Source: Paraspadella gotoi (lineage: Eukaryota; Animalia; Chaetognatha). Taken from it: a DNA stretch of 64,000 nt. Location: assembly GCA_051294375.1 (NCBI GenBank), contig CM119264.1, positions 13,981,323-14,045,322 on the forward strand. Direction: 5' to 3'. Below the pieces are notes generated by a model. The model saw only the letters and a program-made list of their open reading frames with translations, was not told the origin of the DNA and ran no database searches. Below are positions 54,295 to 64,000 of the stretch, one piece after another. How positions within the stretch are numbered: the stretch's first letter is position 1; every line of letters begins with the position of its first letter. A program made the position numbers and the translations under genes.

Positions 54295-55226
54295 TAAATT
54301 TCTAACTTCCAGGTTCTTTCAGAATCTATTCATTCGCCACTCAAGCTTATGAAGATCAAGAAAAATTGTTCGCCTTGACTTGAGTTGGTTAGTCAAGCCT
54401 TTTCATTTTTTCACAGAAAAAATGAAAAAGGTGAAAAGGCCGTGACCACTGACTAGATCTCAGCTTCCAAGATGCTTAAAAGGGAAGAGAGCGAGAGAAT
54501 AATGCGCGAGAAAAGCAAGAAAAAAAGATCCAGGAATGTGAAGACGGAAGCAAACCTTGGTGACTGAGTCGCTCACAGTATTGGTTTTATGTATTTCGTA
54601 CGTACCTGTAGAAAAATGAATATTCTCATCTATTATTTCGATCTCAAATGAGGCATATTAAATATTAAAGTATAAAAAAATTGCAATTACTTGTTTTTTA
54701 CTAAATTTTATATATATTTTGTTATATTCCTTTCATTCGTTGCGTTTGGTTATAAGAAAAAAAGACTTTTGCGTTCACAACGATTTTTTATTTACAGTTT
54801 AGACTTAGATAGTCATCAGCTGATGAAGACTCTCAAGAGAGCCGAAACATGTACGACTCTCTCAACTGTCAATAAAAATCGTTGTGAACGCAAAAACTGT
54901 TTTTCCTAATATAAAATTTAATAAAATTTAAATATACAATTTAATAAATTTCATTATATAGTATATATTAGATTTAATTATATTCTTTATATAGAGTAAT
55001 TTATATATTTATATATTCGCTGTTAAAGCCTGTTATTTAGACACGATCTTCCTTTAATCCAAATTTTCAGACATCTCGTATTGTCTACTATCGATTCTCT
55101 CGTGTTCACAGACACCAAATCTCAACTCTCCAACAGCCCGTTCTCCAAAACTCGAGTTTCGATTTCGTTCGCGTAAAGACGGAAACGAGAGGAGAGTAAA
55201 TNNNNNNNNNNNNNNNNNNNNNNNNN

Positions 55227-55261
<35 letters not shown>

Positions 55262-55417
55262 CTCTCCCGTTTTTCCTTCTTTGAAAAATGAGCAGCGATA
55301 AAAAAGAAACGCGCCGTTATTGCGGGAAGAAATTGGAGAGAGGGGAGCATTAGAGAGAGAGAGGGAAAAGGAGAGATCAAGAAAAGAGAGTCAATTTGAG
55401 GGAAATGNNNNNNNNNN

Positions 55418-55448
<31 letters not shown>

Positions 55449-58062
55449 GGTGATCTGAGAAAACAGATGTCGATAGTAAGCAACGAACGTAGCTTCAGGG
55501 GAAGCAAGAAACTAAAACATCAAAGAAAAAAGTGAAAGAGGAAAAGAGGAACCCAAAATAAAATTTTTTTGAGGAGGCATTTCGAAATAGAAAAATTCAC
55601 AAAACGAGATAGAAAGAGCGAAATAAAAATGAGAGGATCAATAATACAGTATGTTTTACAAACAAGCCTAAAAAACAAAAGAATAAAGACTGTAGGGTCT
55701 TTTTTAAAACAACAAAATATAGACAGAAAGTGACATTTATAGACCCCCATTGTCAGCTGTAAAACGACCGAAGAAGCAAGGCTGGCAAATATTTGAAAAG
55801 AAGTACGCAGCAATTTCCGAAGTGCAGTTTATTTGAGTTTCAGTTGATCTTGGGCGACGCGTCGGGAAAAAAACTAATGGAAGAAAAGCGAAATAACAAA
55901 ATATCGCTAAATAACCTTAAGTGCTCGCTTCAGGCCGAGAAGGCACTTAAGTCTTAATTCTTTAGGAAAATATTTTTTCACGATTTAATTTTATTGACAC
56001 ACCGTAAAATATACAGACTTTGTTTTTATTTTTAATTCAACGATATTTTAACCAACTAGTTCTAAAAATATTGTAAATGAAAATTCAACTTCAAGTAATA
56101 TCCTCCTTATATTATTAAGTNNNNNNNNNNNNNNNNNNNNNNNNNNNNNNNNNNNNNNNNNNNNNNNNNNNNNNNNNNNNNNNNNNNNNNNNNNNNNNNN
56201 NNNNNNNNNNNNNNNNNNNNNNNNNNNNNNNNNNNNNNNNNNNNNNNNNNNNNNNNNNNNNNNNNNNNNNNNNNNNNNTGTCTCGTTGCTGTTTTTCATT
56301 TTTTACGATCTTCCTTTGGCAGGGAAGGACCTCACGCGCCACACGGTTTCGTAAGCCTCGTACGTCCAACGACGGTCACCATTGTTTATGGTGCTCGGAA
56401 TCCGCTCGACTTTGGAGCTCCAAGCTACTTGGCCATTCTTCTCGGCCGCATTTTTTTAAGGCGGCCGTCAAAAGTTGTTACTGGCAAGTGGCAACATCTT
56501 CCCTCGTAGCGGCCAACTCCCGATCGGTTCTTCCCTCGTGGCATACCCGCCTCATCCCGCGCGGCCCTCACCCCACCGTAAACCGAACCAGAGACTCGTA
56601 AAAATGCTAAGAGTTTCTCTCCTCTTCCTCTTTTCGGAAATGAGATTTTGAATCTCTGCAAACCATGACAATAAAAAATACTCGTTTCCTTCTTGATTAT
56701 ATAATATATAAAAATGTTTTATGACGAGGACTGAAAAAAGGTTCGGAAAGATTGAAAGATGTCGAGTAATTCCATTGTACTAAACACGCACGAAATCAGA
56801 ATTTATGAAATTGAAATTTTGTTACTTTTTTTTTTTTTTTTTTTTTTGGCAAATATCGCGCGGAACATTTGTGTAAGCGCTTTTGGGCGAAGAGTGACAA
56901 CTCGGTGACCGAGAAAACGATCGTCGGCGTATGAAAGTCGTTCAAAAATTCTTGAACGAGAAAAAAGTGTGGATCTTATTTTTCCAAGAGAGCATTCTCC
57001 GGTTGAGCCGATCATCTTGTATCATTTCCCGATATGGGCGCTCTACACTCCATTATTATAACTCTTCTGAGGCCCAATCTTTCCCCTAAAGACGCGTTCA
57101 TATCGAATCATCGCTGATTTATGGTTTTTGCAACCATGGCGCCCTTTGGTTCTCCATCTCCGACCTCCGTCTCTCTTTCACTTTCTTTCTTTCTTTCTTT
57201 CTTTCTTTCNNNNNNNNNNNNNNNNNNNNNNNNNNNNNNNNNNNNNNNNNNNNNNNNNNNNNNNNNNNNNNNNNNNNNNNNNNGAGAGAGAGAGAGAGAG
57301 AGAGAGAGCGGGCATCGCCATAAAGTCTGACTTTTCTTGAGAATCAAAATAAGAAGGCGTTATTTATTTGTTGGACATAAAAAGATGTTTTTTGTTGATA
57401 GCTCCTCGAAATTATTCGCGAAAAGGGAAAGAAGCGGTTATACTTATGGAGAGATTGTCGGCCTCTCTTGAAAATGGTGAAAAGAAACGTCAGATGAATA
57501 TCAGGAAATGTTTATTTTAAAAAATTTATGGATAAAATTGTGAAAAAAAACCGTAATATTTAATACTTCAAAACGATAATAGCGAGTAGCTCCTAAAATC
57601 CCATTCAAATAAAAATTATATATATGTCTATATTATATTATTAATTCATACTTGGCCAAGTCGGATGTGTCCGCAATGCAATCACTTCATTCAATTTCGA
57701 CGATCTCATTTTCGTGATGGAAACTTGTTTCCATTCTTGTGAAAAATCGTAAATCTGAGTCCGACGTCGAACGGGGACAGCCGACGACGACGAAGACGAC
57801 GACGACGACGACAATGACGCGGCAAACTGAGGCTAACTTTGGCGACAACATGATTCGTTTTATTTTTAGTCGACGAAAAAGAAAAGTTGGTTATTTCTTT
57901 TTTTCTTTTTTCTTTTTTTTTTCGTCGACTGAAAATGAAAAGGGAGAAGGCGGGTGTCGATACACAAAGGAAAAACTATAAAAGTGAAAGGAGGAAAGGA
58001 AAGTGAGAGGGGGAGGGAAGAATGAATAGAAGACAAAGAGAGAGAGAGTGAGAGAGATAGAG

Positions 58063-58103
<41 letters not shown>

Positions 58104-59830
58104 AGAGAGAGATGAGAGAGAGAGATGATAGAAGAAAAGTGAAGGAAGAGAGAGAGAGACAGGGAGGGTTGTGCCAGAAAAGCAGTTTTCTAAACGTCCA
58201 AACAGACGCCCGAGAAATCACTTCCGGTCTTTCAATGGAACGAGAATTTTGTCGAGAGAGTTAATGACTTTTGTATTCCAGGACTCGGGACTAAAATAAC
58301 GAGGCTGCGTTCGAATTGCAAGGCAGGCTAAAAGGGATTTTCTTATTTCCAATCGGGAGTATAAATAAATTTTAAATTGCGCTTTGCCTTGAAATTTATT
58401 CAGGAACCAAACTGTTTTGATTGAATAATAAAATTGAATAAAAAATAAAATGGAAAAGGAAAAAAATTAAATTTATCACATCCACTTTTTATAATTTATA
58501 TTCATACTTAATATGTTTAAATTTTTTTTTTTTAAAAAACGAAATCGTTTTTCTTTATAATTAAATAACGATCACTCTCACCATTCTGGAACTACAACGA
58601 ACTACAACTACAACTACAACAACGACGACGACAACTTTCACTTCTTTTTCTTTCCAGAAATAAAACTCATTTTTTATACGATTTCAAAAAAATTTAAAAA
58701 AAAAATTCGACGGTCGTCGAGTTTCTTTTTTAGGAGAGACGGAGAAGGAAGGGTCGACGGGTCAGAGGTCGATCCTTCTTTTCTGTTTCGTCTGACCGTA
58801 ATGTCGCTCTCTCTCTCTNNNNNNNNNNNNNNNNNNNNNNNNNNNNNNNNNNNNNNNNNNNNNNNNNNNNNNNNNNNNNNNNNNNNNNNNNNNNNNNNNN
58901 NNNNNNNNNNNNNNNNNNNNNNNNNNNNNNNNNNNNNNNNNNNNNNNNNNNNNNNNNNNNNNNNNNNNNNNNNNNNNNNNNNNNNNNNNNNNNNNNNNNN
59001 NNNNNNNNNNNNNNNNNNNNNNNNNNNNNNNNNNNNNNNNNNNNNNNNNNNNNNNNNNNNNNNNNNNNNNNNNNNNNNNNNNNNNNNNNNNNNNNNNNNN
59101 NNNNNNNNNNNNNNNNNNNNNNNNNNNNNNNNNNNNNNNNNNNNNNNNNNNNNNNNNNNNNNNNNNNNNNNNNNNNNNNNNNNNNNNNNNNNNNNNNNNN
59201 NNNNNNNNNNNNNNNNNNNNNNNNNNNNNNNNNNNNNNNNNNNNNNNNNNNNNNNNNNNNNNNNNNNNNNNNNNNNNNNNNNNNNNNNNNNNNNNNNNNN
59301 NNNNNNNNNNNNNNNNNNNNNNNNNNNNNNNNNNNNNNNNNNNNNNNNNNNNNNNNNNNNNNNNNNNNNNNNNNNNNNNNNNNNNNNNNNNNNNNNNNNN
59401 NNNNNNNNNNNNNNNNNNNNNNNNNNNNNNNNNNNNNNNNNNNNNNNNNNNNNNNNNNNNNNNNNNNNNNNNNNNNNNNNNNNNNNNNNNNNNNNNNNNN
59501 NNNNNNNNNNNNNNNNNNNNNNNNNNNNNNNNNNNNNNNNNNNNNNNNNNNNNNNNNNNNNNNNNNNNNNNNNNNNNNNNNNNNNNNNNNNNNNTTATAT
59601 AGAGTATATTTGATTCGCTGTTAAAGCCTGTTATTTAGACACGATCTACCTTTAATCCNNNNNNNNNNTGTTAAAGCCTGTTATGTAGACACGATCTTCC
59701 TTTAATCCAAATTTCAAGACATCTCGTATTGTCTACTATCGATTCTCTCGTGTTCACAGACACCAAATCTCCCAACTCTCCCAACAGCCCGTTCTCCAAA
59801 ACTCGAGTTTCGATTCGTTCGCGTAAAGAC
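45906..59830. repeat. Second redundant region: noisy copy followed by cleaner gapped copy
   Basis: Approximate matches: 46200-48300 ~ 55250-56800; 51310-53650 ~ 57305-58800; 55010-55200 ~ 59600-59830; 52565-52730 ~ reverse complement of 45906-46060. A 25-N gap lies at 55202-55226. Confidence 0.8.
47671..48053 (+). other. Possible internal exon of an unidentified gene (second copy at ~56323-56610)
   Basis: GC-rich island bounded by a polypyrimidine tract with ttcgcAG (47670) and by GAG|GTAAGA (48054). The central ~60 nt are identical in both copies. Indel noise prevents fixing the frame, and no domain was recognised. Confidence 0.25.
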
Positions 59831-62595
59831 GGAAACGAGAGGAGAGTAAATTAATTGGCCAATGAATTAACGACCCAGTAAACTAATGGGTCATTTAAGC
59901 AGCGAGTTCACTCGCTCCGAATAAATTGCCTGCCCGATTCGGTAAGTTTCGCAAGTTGTGACTTGTGACGGGAAAAAGGACGGAATCGTCGGGAATTTGT
60001 GAAAGTTGTAAAGAGCGAGTATTCACGAACACTTTAAGAAACCAGCAGAGTCGGATATTGCAACGGTAACCTATCTTTTGGCGAGAGAGGTGAACCAGTT
60101 TAAAACGCTTGATCGGCGCAAGACGCCCGAAGCAATTCGACTACGCGCGAGCGCCAGAAACGTTGGGCGCCCAAAAAGACCTCCAGAGTCCAGAGAAAAG
60201 CTCGTTGGCCTCGTTTTCGCTTTGCGACTGAAATAAAAGGAGAAGGTCGTGGTGGGGGGGAAGGCGAGTAGGCGTGGCGTCCAACTGAGCCGGCAACGAC
60301 GAAGTAAATAGAAATCGGGTGGGGTCGGGCAAACATTCCTCGCTTCGATGGAGGTAAGGTCACAGGGTGACGTCTGGGGGGGGGTGGGCAAATAGAAATT
60401 GAGCCAGAGGGGGGGGGGAGTCGGTCTGTGTTTGTTGACCGACGGTTTAACTCTGTTACCAGAATTTCTCGAAAAAGCTAAATGGATTCAGAATTGACGG
60501 ATTGAATTTTTTTCCATTTTTCGGGAAAGAAACTCGGATTCCATTGAACTAACTTGAATCGCGAGCCATGGAGGACTTGCGGGGGGACCCCAACTTTAGA
60601 AATTAGAAAAGGAAGCCCGAGTTCTACTCACTCACTCGTAGGGCTTCGTTTGAAAGGAAGGAAATGAGCGGCAGGGCACGGAGGTGAAGCAGGGCGGAGT
60701 TGGACTGATAAGGAGGCGTCAAAGCGCTTGCCTTGGGAATGGCAGGGAAAGGGGGAAGGACGGGAGACGGTGGAGGGCGAAAAAGAGAGTCGATGACTGT
60801 TGCACGAACGCCAGGGATTGGTCTATGGAGAAAGGTCAAAAGGTTAGGTGCGTTATTGGGAAGGGAAGGACGGAAAGAAAGAGAAGAGGAAAGACGGAAA
60901 AGGAGAGAGGGAGGAAGGGAAAGAGAGGGAGGGAAAGATTTTTTTAAAAAAAGGAAACGCTGGACGAGGAAAAATAGAGAGAAAATAGAGGGAACGCAGT
61001 TGGGAAATCGGAATGAAGGGGAAAAAAAGCGGAGGTAAAAAAAAAAAGGTTGAAAGACGATATTATCATATGAGAGCGAGTGACAGTGAGAGAGAGGGGG
61101 GGGGGACCGCAAAAGACAGAAAAGAGAAGGAAGCGAGGAAGGGGAAAGATGAAGGAACTTTGTCATAGAATTGGGGTCAGTCGAGGTGAAGAGGAAGGAG
61201 AGTGAAGATAAAAGGAAAAGAAAGGAAATTGAGAAAAGAGACTTTGGCTGAAGTTATGTGAGCCGGGGAAAAAAGGTTGGAAACGGCGATCGTGAAACGG
61301 AGGCTATAAGAGGCAGGGAAAAGGTTGGCCCGTTGACCTATTGTTATCAAATTTAAGGCAACGAGAGGCTTTTTAAAAATGAATATTAAAATGGCGATTA
61401 ATTCCCGGGCCTTAACTAATTAACTAGGAAATGAAATTATGAGATTACTTGACTTAGACAATTTTATAATATCGTAGAAGAAACCAAAGTACTAGATATG
61501 GAGTAGGATACTATAAGATTCGAGTTTATATCGAACAGAATAGAAACCCAGGGTTATTAAACGCAGACTATGAGAGCCGGGTTAAAGGGGTTACCCGATA
61601 AATTTGAAAGGAAGGAGCACCGAGAGAGATCTCAGCCACGAACGAAGAAACGTAAAACTCGAGGTAAGGAAGAGAAAGAGTAAGTCTCGGCCGAACGGAA
61701 CTGGCCTTGATCCAACCAGCAAAGAAAGTTCAACGATGCGGTGGCAGATAATTGACATCCTTGGTCCTTTCGTATAAAGCAATTATTCTTCTTTTTTTTA
61801 GTTCAGCCATTCTTTTGCGATCTTAATTTTCCCTTAAATCACCAATGAACCAAATTAGTGCAACTATTAATTATACATACATTTAACCAACAAAAAGACT
61901 AAAATTCAGATTCGTCTACATTGGGACAGTTGTAACTTTTTTAGGAGCTACTATGTAGCGCCATCCAGCCGTCTGTAAAATTCAATTCCCACTTCCTTCA
62001 AAAGTTCCCTTTATACAATTTAACACAACTTTTTTCCCCGGAAAGATTCCGAATGATAGAAACGTCGCCGAGTCCAAAATAAACCTTAACGCTTGTAGTA
62101 AGAAGGAGTGTGGAAGTAAGGGAGGGGTTTGTTGAATCCGAATTTTGTGTCCGGTTTTTTAAACAGAGAATTAAAATTAAAGTTTACTTTTTGAAAATAT
62201 CAAGCTTGTCATACAAAATTGGATTTTTCGAATTGGTTTTTGGTCAATCAAAACTACACAATCCCAAACTTAACAAACAGAAAATAAACGGAAAAGCTCC
62301 TCCTGGACTCCTACTTTTTTTTTGTGGCCCGAGGGATTCGGGTATCGAAATCTTGTACCCGTAAAATACACTACATAATAAAATTATTAGGACAAAAAGT
62401 TGAAATTATCGTGAAATACAACAGGACAAAAATAAAAGTATAAAAAAAGAAAAAAAAACCCTTCTGAAATTTAATTAAAAGCATTATTTCTGGTTTCTAT
62501 CTTTATTTTTATTTATTTTTTATTTTATGAGCTTTTTTAGTTTATGAGGGTCGAAAGGAATAAAAAAGAGAAGAAAAAAAAATTAAAAAAGAGAT

Positions 62596-62626
<31 letters not shown>

Positions 62627-62638
62627 AGAGGGAGAGAG

Positions 62639-62690
<52 letters not shown>

Positions 62691-63398
62691 TTTAGAGAGA
62701 GAGAAGAAAAAAGAAGAGAGAGAGAGAGATGTCGAAGATAGTAGGGGGGAGTCAGTAATGGTGACACTGACATCCAATATAAAACGTGACAGCACGTTGG
62801 CGCTGCAAAGGAAGGGAGATGGGTGGGGGGGCGTTGTCCAGTGCCAGGACAACGACGACGTTTTCAAAAGGAGAGACCAAAGGCGGGAGGGGCGGGAGGA
62901 GAGAGGGGGAGGCCGCATTGGTCCCCGGACGAAGACCGAGAAGAATAGGGTCGTCAGCGAATCACGATTGTTTGGTGAGAAACTCCTTGTGCGGAGTTTG
63001 ATGTGTGAAACTCGATGTGAAACTGGATGTAAAACGCCGTGCGAATCTGAAGGACACAATGTGGACGGGTCGAAGGTCGACGAGCAACGATTCGGGCTCA
63101 TTGTTGGCGGCGGACTGAGAGAAAAAAATGTCGATTATGGCAACGAAATGGAGACGGGTTTTTTTTTCGACGAAACGATTGGCCGACGGATGATAAATGA
63201 AATCGTTGAAGGTTTCGGGTCACAGAAAACTGTTTCGATTTGCAAATAAAATTTGGAGAAGGAAAGTCAATCGATTGAATACTTCGCATTTTTTTTTTTT
63301 TTTTTTTTTGAGGGAGTTGAAGCGAAAGAAAGTTGGAGATTTCCTATTTTTTTTAGGGATGAAATATTTCAGTCTAGATAAAACATAATAATTTAGGG

Positions 63399-63440
<42 letters not shown>

Positions 63441-64000
63441 CCATTCCATTAGATGCAAGAAGAGAATTTTATTACTGGCGTAAATATTCGAATTTTATCG
63501 GAGATCAAGAGATTTTCGCCGGATTGGCTTGTGAATCCGAAGCCTTGCTGTTTGAAAACTGTCGAAATAGCATCAGACCAAAGCTGGAATACATTAGTCA
63601 TTCTTCGTTTTAGCCCGGATTTGTATTCAATTTTGGATTTGCTGGAAACTGATCGAGGATCGTTTCACCCAACGTAATTTCTCATTACTGACGCTTGATA
63701 TCTCGAAAGGCAACGGTTGTTGCGAGATGGTTATGAAATTGGTACAACCAATATAAAAATATAAAAATAAATAAGCTATCTTGCCCCTGAATTTGGAGAG
63801 GCTTCAATGGTTTATGTTACTGCGGCACTATTTCTCATTGGCAAAATTTATTTTTATCTTTATGATTCTCTCCCCCATTTTCATTTTCCATCTCCCCTCT
63901 TTCCTTTTCCCTCTTTTTTTCTTCCCTACCCAATCACAAATCTTAATCTCCCATACCCCTTTCCCCCCCCCTTTTCCCCGCCCTCCATTTACTCTGTTAT

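Noticed and set aside
62758-63677. ORFs 62758-63249 and 63453-63677 as a gene start
   Set aside because: No recognisable motif and no convincing splice pattern. They cannot be supported without homology or RNA data.

Overview
Eukaryotic (probably invertebrate animal) draft-assembly sequence. It is AT-rich, dense in (GA/CT)n, (GTC)n and (GAAA)n microsatellites, and has many N-gaps plus noisy duplicated blocks that look like long-read gap-filling. One gene can be built with confidence: a minus-strand, spliced nucleoside hydrolase of the inosine-uridine-preferring (IUNH) family. It has three constant 5' exons (DTDCGLDD; GN...HGHDGLGD; GPLTNLA...MGG) followed by three tandem, diverged, intact, same-phase copies of the final exon (18464-18924, 17356-17798, 16574-17028). 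Each copy completes a 327-333 aa enzyme with a different loop II and a different residue at the specificity position before the Ca2+-binding Asp (F, N or C). This constant-plus-variable cassette is the main finding. The second is a short TG...TA element with 4-bp target-site duplications, present twice (one copy lies between the variable exons). Its copies show conserved hairpins and a third-codon-position substitution bias. The window also has a TTAA-flanked Kolobok-like MITE, Helentron-associated (HINE/DINE-1-like) elements, an 18-bp inverted-repeat element and a ~1.2 kb satellite with a palindromic unit. Most of 29-59 kb is redundant, error-rich sequence, and nearly all other ORFs in the track are microsatellite artefacts.
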